A DNA stretch of 49,800 nt from Octopus sinensis (lineage: Eukaryota). Under the pieces are notes generated by a model. That model worked only from the letters and a program-made list of their open reading frames with translations. It searched no databases and was not told where the DNA came from. The stretch is taken from NCBI RefSeq assembly GCF_006345805.1, contig NW_021834331.1:1-49800 (forward strand), read 5' to 3'. Below, in pieces: positions 23,783-35,263 of this stretch. The position numbers and the translations under genes were made by a program. Every line of letters begins with the position of its first letter. Positions within the stretch are counted from its first letter, which is position 1.

Positions 23783-24883
23783 TAATAATTATATGATTTT
23801 TAAATACACACATACACACACATAAAGGCTTACTATTCTGTTGAAACAAATTCTCCATTCGAGAGAAGAAAAATATAGCAGCCAATATGCACAGAAGAGG
23901 CCATTCTTTTATAAAATCATAATGCATTTGTAGCGAAGAGGTGAAATTAGTAAGAACAGTTGGTCATTAAAGTAAAATGAAAGCTGGCATTGAACTACGG
24001 AAAGGAATGCGTGTTCTAAGTCTGGTCACCCTTATAGATGGTCGTGGTCTCATATGGAGAAACCATCGAATAACGACTCCGTTCAGAAAGCTGGAATAAT
24101 ACATATATGTACCAGAATGGAAAGAGAGAGATACAACCGAGTAGACTGTTTGAGAGATGATTTATTGATATGTTAACGTGTGTGTTTGTGTGTGCGTCTT
24201 GTATACAGAATAATAGACAGGCCGTCATGAGAACAAAGTGTAAGTGTGTATAGGTATGGATGTATGCGTGTGCGTTAAGTACATATAAGAATAGCAATAA
24301 AAAGAGCAGTGAAAGAGACTATAATGCGAAGTTAGACGAATGTTCATAGACACAAGAAAAGAGAGTACCAGTTCGTAATCAATTGCACACGGTAGTTGAA
24401 ATATTGTATCAAGGAGTTTCGGCTATGATGCGGAGCCGGAGTTGCGGTACATGTCGTACGTAGTTGTGGCTGTAATACTGCTGCCTGGGTCACTTGGTAC
24501 AGGAGTTCTCGCAGGTTGTATATTTGCTGTTGATCCATGGTGAAGTAATTCATGAACAGTGCTGTGTTGAAACATGGGTGAGTCGCTGGTTGCTGTGTAC
24601 GTAGAGAGATGATGTTGACGTTAAGAAGACGATGGTGGCGACGAAGAAAGAGATTGCCGTAATGCTGTTGGATGGGTGTTGTCATCTGGCCCGTAGGTTA
24701 TATAATTGCTGTTGATCTATGGTGAAGTAATTTACGAACAGTGCTGTGTTGAAACTTAGCATGTTGCTGTTGGACGCGTGTTGTCGTCTGGCGTTGTCGC
24801 TGGAACTGGCTGTGTATTGTGTGGTTAGTGGCTAGACATTAAAAGGTCTGGAACCAAAGACCTCGAGACGAGGAGTAGCTGGG

Positions 24884-25019
24884 TTTTTATAAGGAGCTGT
24901 AGGCTCAAACTGGTTTGAGAACAGGCTGTCTCACGTGATCTTATTTAGAGCTCCGATTGGTTATACACTGCAGATTGGCGCGACAGAGTAAGTGACAAAT
25001 TGCGCCAAGACCAACCAAT
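24884..25019 (-). promoter_or_regulatory. Pol II promoter-like motif cluster
   Basis: Minus-strand TATAAAAA (24884-24891), palindromic TCACGTGA (24931-24938), CCAAT boxes at 24956-24960 and 24974-24978, and an opposite-orientation CCAAT at 25015-25019. Motif spacing is the only evidence. Confidence 0.4.
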
Positions 25020-25287
25020 CAGAGTAGTGGACTCAACGGGGTCCAAATAGCGACCAAAGGCTACTGCTATCTGCTACGTTCGATTGCCTGTATATATAAT
25101 AAAGGGTAGAGGAATTTCAATAAAGGGTAGAGGAATGTACGCTACACATTTTAAAGGTGCATATACGGACAATAAGAATTGGCCTAAACGTAGCGTAGAC
25201 GACGAAAAAATGTAAGTTCTTAATTGACTGGACTATGATTAATAAATGATTATTTTATGCATATTCTCTGTTTTGTTTAAACTATTA

Positions 25288-25336
<49 letters not shown>

Positions 25337-25397
25337 CACACACACACACACACACACACATGTATATATATATATATATATTTATATATACACATAC

Positions 25398-28300
25398 ATT
25401 ATTATTATTATGGCTGCCCCCTCGTTATCGAGTATGGCCATTGCACGAAGCTTAACTGTTACTAGCGCTGTGATCGAATGTGACATTTTAGCCCAGCTAA
25501 AGATCTACAATGTCTTGTACAGAATTGGCAACTAAAACCTTTACCGGTAATAGCCGGCTGTAGTTGTAACTATGCTTCATGTACCTTTGCATGTCGTTTA
25601 AGTCTTCCTGCCGAATTACACTCTCTTCCACATGCCCGACAGATATGATTAGCATGGTGTGTTACACCACCACCAGTGGCCAGGTTGTCACTCATCTGTC
25701 TCGCTTTATGACTACGAAGATGACTCTTGAGTCCAGCTTTGCTGAGGCAGGGTCTTGCACAGACACTGCATGTCAGCATCATAGGAAGATCCTTCCATTC
25801 TGGAAGTGTAACAGCGATGCCCTTCCTGACATCCCTCCTTATTTTCTCATGTGCCACTCGAGATTTCTCAAAAGTGGCTGTCCCCTCGTGCACAATCCTT
25901 CTCCACCTGCTACGATCAATAGCTATGCCTTTCCATGTGTCAGGAGAGATGCAAGCATCTCTTAAGGAAGTCTTCAGCAAGTCTTAATACCTCTTTTTTT
26001 GGTTTATGTGGAGGTTGTCCTCCTTTAGCTAACTCTCCATAAAAGAGATGTTTTGGCATCCATGAATCCTTCATCCTGACCAGATGACCACTCCATCTGA
26101 GCCTTTGCTTTAACACAAAAGCTTCTATACTTATACACCGAGAGCCTTCCAATATTTCAAGATCACTGATGCGATCCTTCCACTTAATGCCATAGCTCCG
26201 TCTGAGACACATCTGATGGAAACGTTCCAGTTGTTTAAGGTGGTATCGATATGTGACCCACATCTCGCAGGCATAGAGAAGAGAAGGGAGCACACATGCC
26301 TTGTACACCTTTATCTTTGTCTTTCTGCATATGTCTCGCCGACTCCAGAGGCGCTTTTCTAGCCTTCCGAAAGCAACACTTGCTTTCCTAATTCTATATG
26401 AAATTTCGTCATCCAAATTGCTATATTTATTAATAGTGCTTCTCAGGTAGACAAACTGATCAACTACATCAAGTCGTTTACCATACAGATAGATGTTTGG
26501 TACACTATACTGCTTACCAGGGGCAGGTTGATGCCTGACAACAGTTTTCTTGAGATTGATTGTCAATCCTAAGGCAGTGCAAACATCAGAGAATGCATTC
26601 AAAATGTGTTGCATATCAATATCTGTGTGTGCTACTAGCTCACAATCATCTGCATACAAAAGGTCTCTTATGATAGAGGTAAATACCTTTGTTTTTGCAG
26701 CAAGGCGACTGATATTAAATATGCTGCCAGAGGTTCGATAATGGATGTAAACACCGTATCTGCAGTTTCTGAATGCAATACGGAACACCATCGCAAAATA
26801 TATGGCAAATAGGGTCGGTGCCAGAATATCCCCCTGTTTCACTCATTTGTATTGAAATGGGCTCCGACATTTTCCCTCTAACAATCGCTTTACCATTCAT
26901 GTCTTCATGAAAAGACCTAACCAAAGCAAGGAACTTTTCAGGACACCCAAGTTTCTGGAGGACTTTCCTCAATGCTTTTCTATTGACGGTATCAAAGGCT
27001 TTTGTCAGATCGACAAAAACCTGATACAAATCCAGACCCTGTTCCACACACTTTTCTTGAAGCTGTCTAGCTGAAAAGATCATATCAGCAGTGCCACGTC
27101 CCACACGAAAGCCAGATTGACTTTTTGGAAGAACACAGTCTGCAACGTATTTCAGCAGACGATCAAGAAGTACCCTGCATAAAACCTTTCCTACGACAGA
27201 CAGTAATGATACTCCCCTATAATTACCACAATCATTCCTGTTGCCCTTTCCCTTATACAGGACCACCATTACTGTATCTCTCCAGTCCTCAGGTACAGAT
27301 TCACTTGTCCATATCTTACCAAACAAAGAGTGAAGTTTCTGCAAAAGTTTCTCACCACCATGCTGTAACAACTCCGCATGTATGCCATCCATACCCGGAG
27401 ACTTCCCATTATTCAACCTTGAGACAGCCATTGCAACTTCTTCCAACTTTGGTGGTTCTGCGAGAGCTGCCTTCACAAGTAATCCAGGGATGAGATTGAG
27501 AACATCCTCACTAACTACAGACTGCTGATTCAAAAGTTCATCAAAGTGTTCTTGCCACCTTCGCAGAATTCCTTGTGAATCACGAAGAAGTTCTTTACCA
27601 TCCCTGCTTCGGAGTGGTGTCATCAGGGAAGACGTCGGTCCATAAACTTCTCGCAAGAGACCATACAACAGCTTTGTGTTATTGGAATCTGATGCCGCCT
27701 ATATCTCATCAGCCTCCTTACTCCACCATGTACCCCTCATCTCTGAGAGCCTTTGCCTCAAATGTGATTTTACGTCCTTGAGTTCCCGATGCAACACTTC
27801 CCTTTCCCGTGGTTTTGCTGACAAATTGCGTGACAAAGTACGTTTTTATCAGCCAATAAATCATCTATATGTTCATCATTTTCTTTAAACCAATCTTGAT
27901 GCTTCCTTTGTATGAATCCCGGAACTTTCTTGCCTATATCATAAACTGACTTTTTAAGGGTCGGCCAATCCTCCCCAATATCTGCAGCATTCATTTCCTC
28001 TCGTAAAGTTCTCTTCACACTATTGCACCTAAGACGATCAACATTCAGTCTTTTAGGCAGGGCAATTCCTGCAGCTCGAATTTTATGTTTTGTGACTAAT
28101 TTCCCTTTTGCGCGTACTAGGCGGTGGTCAGTCCAACACTCAGCTCCACGAAGAACATGAACACTCTGCACATCCTGTCTGTCACGCACCCTAACAAGGA
28201 TATAATCCAGAATATGCCATTCTTTAGATGCAGGGTGCATCCATGTAGTCTTAAACTTATTCTTTTGGTGAAACATGGTATTGGTAACACAAAGACGCAG

Positions 28301-29575
28301 CTCCTTACACATCTGCAGCAAAAGCATGCCATTACTATTACACTTCCCCACCCCATGCTTTCCAATTACAGTCCATGTATGAAAATCCCTACCCACTCTA
28401 GCATGAAAGTCACTTTGTCTGCCCAAGGGATATTTCTTATAATGCCCTTCAAAGCATGGTAGAAAGAAAGTTTTTCGTCATCAGTATAGCATACACACTC
28501 ACCAAGGTCATATAATTTCCTTTAACCAATGGAATTCTTATGGACATAAGACGCTCGTTAATTCCGACTGGGAATTCTTCCAACTTGTCCACAAGAATAG
28601 TCTTAACAGCAAATGCTACTCCAGCTTCTCCTCTAAACTCTTCATTCCTCCCTTTCCAAAAGAATTATATTTTCCACAAGATTCTGTAAGATGACCATTT
28701 CCAAGTAATCTCGTCTCAGATAAAGCAACGACGTCAAGATCATAGCGTTGAAGCTCCTTCGCAACAAGCGCAGTCCTTCTTTCAGGACATTCAGAGGACT
28801 TGCGGTTAAGCAGTGTCCGTACATTCCAACAGCCAATATTCACTATTTTCTTTGGTTCTATCACAGTAGCATGGTGACGGCCGGGTTCAGACTGTGATGC
28901 TCTGGAGCCCCTGCCGGGCCAGACTCTTTCAGCTGATGTGGTTCCAGAGTCCTTACTGCTATTTATTTTTATACTGATTTGGTACATCATTGATTTTTGC
29001 TTTTTAAGGCTACGGACAGCCATTCAGTTGAGACTCACAGCGCCATCAACAATCATGAATTAGTTAATCAATTTAATCAATCAATGTTGTTATCGTACAA
29101 TGCCTGTGCAAGAAGATTTTTTTTAAAGTGAGGAAAGGCTGTGCACTGAGTCAATCCCACTCACTAAGCAACAGCAGCCATAATCCGAAAAGAAGAAAGA
29201 GTCAACATCATCGGTAACCACTGAGCCGCAGGTTTTATGTCGGAGTTATCACAGTTACCTGAATTACTTTCTCCTCGAAGGATGCCCTAACAAAGGCTAG
29301 GAGTCCTTCACTCCCAATGGTTTAACCGCGCGATAGGGTATTCAGTCCAATTATTTCTATGTCCCCGCGCATGATACAGCCTTAAGACATTTATTGGATG
29401 GCCCTTGACTCTCAAGAGTTCCTCCGCCCTTTGACGGGTTTTATTTTTCATCCCGCAGGCTGTCCAATAAACACCCTCCCCACCAAGCAAGCTTGGTGGG
29501 GTTGTCAGTTTAGTCGCCGACGACCCGACCATGCAACAGGTTGTACTGGGTTACATGTTACCAGTAGCACTCGAA
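25398..29575 (-). mobile_element. Near full-length RTE-clade LINE (~4.2 kb)
   Basis: Structured 5' UTR, APE endonuclease, RT, C-terminal zinc fingers and a (TAA)n tail at 25398-25410. Confidence 0.93.
25462..28860 (-). pseudogene. RTE ORF (APE endonuclease, RT and C2H2-type fingers), multiply disrupted
   Basis: IGCWNVRTL, VALSETRL, DFHARVG, WHILDYILV, CWTDHRLV, GKSPGMDGI, NYRGVSLLS, QSGFRVGRGT, FVDLTKAFDTV, KQGDILAPTLF, LLYADD, QLRWSGH-like RLRWSGHLVRM. The end coordinate is approximate. Confidence 0.92.
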
Positions 29576-29606
29576 AGTGACCTGACACATACATACATAC
29601 ATACAT

Positions 29607-29669
<63 letters not shown>

Positions 29670-29843
29670 ATAATAGTAGGGAATATAATTCCAAACTTAC
29701 AGGGAAAAATTCAATTTAGCAATTCTAAATCAAATTTCATAATATATAATATATGTATATAATTTAGAGAAAACATATACTATAAAACCTTATTCTAAAA
29801 ATCAATAAAGTACATAAACAATAAATAGTAAATAGTTGTAAAA

Positions 29844-29963
29844 AGACTAGGCGTGTTTCGTAGCTATATTTTCAAATATATAATAATAATAAAATCAATT
29901 CGATTTAAAATTAAATCGATCAAAAATTAATTCTATTTAAAAATATAGTCACTCATCAGGTCT
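29844..29963 (-). ncRNA. Type-I hammerhead-like motif with very long stem II
   Basis: AGAC-CUGAUGA-GUGACUAUAUUU...AAAUAUAGCUAC-GAAAC-ACGC-CUA-GUCU. Canonical core and 11/12-bp stem II. A C-C mismatch sits at 15.2/16.2. Confidence 0.7.
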
Positions 29964-29998
29964 AAAATAATAATGATAATAATAATAATAATAATGAC

Positions 29999-30047
<49 letters not shown>

Positions 30048-31100
30048 GAATAAATGTGCGTATTTTAGAAAAATAGTGTATTAACTGTAAATAATCGAAA
30101 AACATTTAACAAATTTCTTAAAATAAAAGCATAACTTATCTTATCGAAGAATTTCTGTTAACTAAAAATTTAAACGTAATACGTAGAACTTAGCGTTTAC
30201 AAGAAATATAGCGCGTGAAAATATGGCGTAAATAAAAATTATAGAATAAATAGATAGAAATATGTATTTAAGCTATTGAAATTACAAAATGTGTTTTAGC
30301 TGTGAGAATAAGAAAAAATTAACCGTAATATATCATTTATTGGAAAAATTGTGAAGTCAATTTAAAACTAAAATACGTAAAACACATAATATACATAAAT
30401 TATGCAGAAATTCTATGATTTAATCTATTTTCATTAATTTATTTATTCATTTTATAAACATCTAAGTTTCATCTTATTCTAATTATGTAATATATACACT
30501 ATATAATCTCGTGCTAATTTATACACATTTTACTACTACAAATTATAACTACAACAATTAGTAACATAAAACAGGGTTTATATATATACACAAATTAGCT
30601 AAACTTATAATTTAACTTATGTCTACATTAAAATTTTCGTTCGTCTAGGGAATTAACACAATTTTTATTATTAGTTAATAATATTTCCTTAAATTCATTA
30701 GTACATAACAAACAAAAATTACTACCTATCCGATATGATTTAATTACAATTTAAATTGTACTAAATACTTTTAGATTTTAGTTCCCATATATTTTTACTA
30801 AGGCCAGTGGAATTAATTAAATTTCTATTCTTAAAAGAATTCATGTGTTGAACCACCCATAATCTAATTTTATTAGAAGTCGACCCTATATAAATCGCAT
30901 TTAAATTATAACCATTCATATAATTATCATCAATCAGAGTCACTACACATTTATATACTACATCATTCAAATTACAGTTATTATTATTTTTATATTTTGT
31001 TTTATCTCTACATGTACAATTAATTATATTCTGGTCTTTATTAGTATTATTGGAATAATTATTTGATTTATTTTTGTAAAACTTATTCAGCTTAAATTTA

Positions 31101-31163
31101 TTGGTGCCCCAGCATGGCCGCAGCCTTCGGGCTGAAACATTTTAAAGGATTTAAGGATTTAAG
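31101..31163 (+). mobile_element. About 60-bp retroposed tail-only insertion inside the PLE
   Basis: GGTGCCCCAGCATGGCCG-CAGCC-TTCG-GGCTG-AAAC plus (TTTAAGGA)n-like repeats. It interrupts the PLE linker between GVGYSTT and NLS. Confidence 0.7.
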
Positions 31164-32279
31164 TAGTAGAATAACCAACTCCAAAATTATTACAAGCAAA
31201 AATGTTATATCCCTAATGAATACTTCAATTATATTTAAAATTTCTTTAATAATGTTTGTTTTAACTTGAGCTCCATAAGGAATAATTAACCAAATTTTGT
31301 TCTTATTATTAATATCATTATATTTATTTTTAATATTATCATTAAACGAATTAAATTTAATCTTATTTTTTAGTTTATTATTATATTTATATTTTGTATT
31401 ATCATAATACATATTAATACCATAATAACCTAAATAAAACTTATCATAATTTTTAATGTTAGGTTTATTATTATAAAAAATATAGGAATCATATATATCA
31501 TAATCTTTTATATTATAATTATTAAAGAATTATTAAAGAATTTAATATTATTATTATATCCCGCCTCCCACAGGGCTTCATTCTAATAAGGTGCATGTTT
31601 TTGGAAAATCTCAAAATTAGAAGAAAGCAACAATATTCTTTTACCTATATTATCTGTCAACGATTTCTTAATTGAGGATGATTACTATTAGCATTAATAT
31701 ATCTAAGGTTTTCATTAATTTTATGGAATGGTTGGGTTTTACCTGTTATTAAATTAAAATTAGCATCTAAATAATTAACATTATAGTTCTCATTACATAT
31801 AGTAATACTTAATCCATATCTTTTAAAAAAACTATATAGTTTCTTCTTATTTAATTCTAGTGTTCTATTGGTGAAATTCTTTGTTATTAATAAAAGGTCA
31901 TCCCTATGCAAACAACCCTCCAACTTTAATTTTTCTAATTGAAGTTCCGATAATAAATCAGTTGCCTGTGCAGAATCGGGTGCCCCCATAGGTATATGAA
32001 AATTGTCCCTAGTATCCTTCCTAGCCCACAATTTATTATCATGTGTAATCATTTAGAAAAATTAAAGTTGGAGGGTGGTTTATATAGGGATGACTTTTAA
32101 GGATTGATGCTACTATAGCTTGTAGCCCCGGGAAGACATCTCCTCTAGCTGGCTATGTATGTATGTATGTATGTATGTATGTATGTATGTATGTATGTAT
32201 GTATGTATGTATATACATATACACGCACACATTATATAATATATATCTGTAATATGATATGTGACAATTATTCGGTTGC

Positions 32280-32790
32280 CATAATAAAACTCTGAGTTTT
32301 GGATGTCGGAGCGGAAACCCGCACCAGCCATCGTCCATCTTTCTTTTCCTCACGTGACCATGTTTCTTTTCCTGCACGACGTTCTAAGGACTGGACATCT
32401 ATCTCTCTTCTATCTTTTCTCTTTTCAAAGAAAATATTTCTCCAAGCGTTCACTACGTTCCCCTCGTTCTTGTCTAACGACCCTCCAAGTTTGCTTTCCT
32501 TCGGTTTCCTTGTGTGTCTCTACTGTCTTGTTTTTATTCCCAACCCTCCATAAATCCCAAGTTTTAGTTTGGAATTTATAGGAGCAACTGTCTTCGAAGA
32601 TTCATATTGTCGTTGAATGCTCGAAATGAGGAGTAGATAGACAGCCGGCAAATGATGTATGGTCGTTCTTTGTGTTATTTGTCCTGTTTTCCATTTTTCT
32701 CTCGTTGTTGTTTGATTATTTAACTCGGTTTGTTTTCGTACTTCATGTTGTTTACATAGTTGGTGACATCCTGTACCCATATATATACAT
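32280..32790 (+). repeat. pLTR-like cassette with degenerate hammerhead-like motif (32588-32644)
   Basis: Pyrimidine tract and CACGTG, then CUGUCU-UCGAAGA-UUCA...UGAA-UGCUC-GAAAU-GAGGA-GUA-GAU-AGACAG. The tail ends TCCTGTACCCATATAT, as at 12293-12308. Confidence 0.5.
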
Positions 32791-32982
32791 ACATACATAC
32801 ATACATACACATACATACTTACATACCTACATATATATATAATTATATAATTATAAATATATATGTATATATATGTATATATATATTTATATATATATGT
32901 ATATATATATATATATGTATATGTATATATATATGCATATATATATATATTATATATATATATGTATATGTATATATGTATA

Positions 32983-33022
<40 letters not shown>

Positions 33023-33125
33023 TATATATATATGTAAATGTATACATATATATGTATATATTTGTATATATATGTATATATATGTATATATATGTACACA
33101 CACACACACCACACACACACACACA

Positions 33126-33203
<78 letters not shown>

Positions 33204-33245
33204 ATATACATACATACACACACACACATATAATATATATATAAT
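32775..33245. repeat. Compound (TACA)n/(TA)n/(CA)n microsatellite
   Basis: Direct reading. Confidence 0.95.
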
Positions 33246-33789
33246 TGAAAACCAAGAGGAGAGCGAAGATTTATTTCACATCTAAAATTATTTTGTTGAA
33301 AAGTCTTCTAAAGTATATATAACAATGACCAATGTATGTTTTTGCAGCAGAAATACGCATTACTGTATATGTAATAATGCATCATAATCGCTGCAACTTC
33401 ATCAAGGGTTCATCACTTTTGACGTTTCAAAGTTTTCAAAGTGAACTAATTCAAACAAGTTTCCTGCGATGGTATTCAGGGTTAGGGTGATAGCGTTACT
33501 TTTGAAATTGAATTGAATCCTGGTCCTATAATCACCTCTAGTGTTAGTACAGTTGAATCGTGGTTTTAAAATGTTAATTTATATTACAATGAATCATAGC
33601 AGTTTTGTTAACATTTCACTGGAGTACATTATTTGTTCAGAGGTATTTCACTTATTTTGGGTTAATATCCTCAATTAGTATTTTTGTTATCATTATTATA
33701 ATAATAGTATTACTTGCATAAGTATTATCAATTATCACACTCATTTTAACTAGTATAATTACTGTAAAAGGTAAGTTATGTTTCTTTAA

Positions 33790-34225
33790 ATCGTTTAAAT
33801 CGTTTAAACGTATATTTTATCCAGTGCAGCCATCACATAGACTGTTCCTGTCTATTATTTATAAGAGTAAATTTAGAAGTGAAAATTTGGTACATTTGCT
33901 CCACACAGAAGTCACAGCTATTATCGCCTGTTCTATAAGGTTTTGCTTTAGTAAATATTTCCCAAGAAATCGAAAATACTTTGTTACTATCTTTTAGTAC
34001 CTAAATTAGCTTACTAAGGCTGGTAATATTAATTTTGTCCCTATTTCTAAACGAACTTAAATGATTGGCAATTCTCTATAGCTTGCTCCTATAGAGAAAT
34101 ACTCTCTATTCTCTGTGGTAATCTTACCTCTGTATACAATATTTTTATGTCTACAATTAGAGTTAAGCGGACAGACCCGGTCCCTTGCACAATCACATTT
34201 AATAGTTCTACTATTTCTTTAATTG
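33790..34225 (-). pseudogene. Penelope-like GIY-YIG endonuclease remnant
   Basis: CDCARDRVCPLNSNCRHKNIVYRGKITTENREYFSIGAS, then RIANHLSSFRNRDKINITSLSKLI*VLKD...ISWEI...PYRTGDNSCDFCVE...INNRQE. Confidence 0.88.
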
Positions 34226-34783
34226 TACCCGCTTCACTTACTCTGGACTGGATTTCTATATTTTCCTGTCTATCGTAGCTATTAGTTCTTTCCACATAGA
34301 CAACTTTCTGAGTACTTTGCTGTTTTGGATTCACATCTTCTACTTTCAGGTTAATTGGGAAGTTCCCTCGGGTCTCTTCCATTCTATTGGTTGTCAAACC
34401 ATACTTCCTATCCTGATACCTAATTGTGTTATTTATAGTTTGTTTGCTCATGTTGACATTGTTGATATTTATTGATCTATAATTATAATTCTGGTTACTA
34501 TTATTGCTATTGTTCACATGGAAACTTTAAAATTCACTAGCGTTGTGTGCTGCTATAATTTGTGCTAGATTCTTTTGCTATTAGAAAAAGCTAATCTAAT
34601 CCTATGTTTATTAAAATCTTTTTTGGAAAATGTTTAGTCAATGCCGAATGAAACAATTTTGGTGTACTGGAAATTATTGGTTTTATATACATATTTATAT
34701 GGTACATATATCTGTGTATTATACAATGGATATAGGACCATTACATTCACATTCCTATACGTTATATATATATATATATATAT

Positions 34784-34987
34784 ATAGGTTTAAGAGACAG
34801 AACCACCTTCAAGCAACTCTATCAACATTGAACGACATTATCTATGATAGTTTATATAATTTAATATATGATTCAGAATAGTAATTGTAGATATTAATTT
34901 TGATAAAATTTAATCTTATATATCTCTATCATAGATAATGTCGTTCAATGTTGATTGAGTTGCTTGAAGGTGGTTCTGTCTCTTAAA

Positions 34988-34992
<5 letters not shown>
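34784..34992. repeat. 67-bp-arm inverted repeat (one mismatch) flanked by (TA)n
   Basis: Arms 34784-34850 and 34926-34992. Confidence 0.92.
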
Positions 34993-35047
<55 letters not shown>

Positions 35048-35059
35048 GTGTGTGTGTGG

Positions 35060-35090
<31 letters not shown>

Positions 35091-35263
35091 TGTGTGTGTG
35101 TGTGTGTGCGTGTGTGCGTGCGTGTGTGTGTGTGCGTGTGTGTGTGTGTGTGTATAATACAGTGTGTAATTCATTTTAGTACCACTAAACTGAATTACTC
35201 TCCCATGTGGACTCGGAAATAACTTCCCTAACATTAATAATTATAATTATATATATATATATA

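Larger units (their letters stand above)
29700..32060 (-). mobile_element. Very AT-rich Penelope-like element (RT, linker, GIY-YIG and pLTR region)
   Basis: RT 31657-32052: IPMGAPDSAQATDL, LHRDDLL, VNYLDANFNL, YINANSNHP. GIY-YIG ~30625-31030: NCTCRDK, VVYKC, IYIGSTS, STGLSKNIWELK, FCLLCTNE. Confidence 0.88.

Noticed and set aside
29440-29575. Possible HDV-like ribozyme at the RTE 5' end
   Set aside because: An 11-bp hairpin (29478-29501) and a CUAA motif are present, but I could not build the P1/P1.1/P2/P3 nested pseudoknot. An RNArobo/Infernal HDV search would decide it.
34089-34517. 142-aa minus-strand ORF with a GTGS motif, briefly considered Polinton-like
   Set aside because: The overlapping frame encodes a clear PLE cysteine linker and GIY-YIG, and the rest is Asn-rich low complexity.
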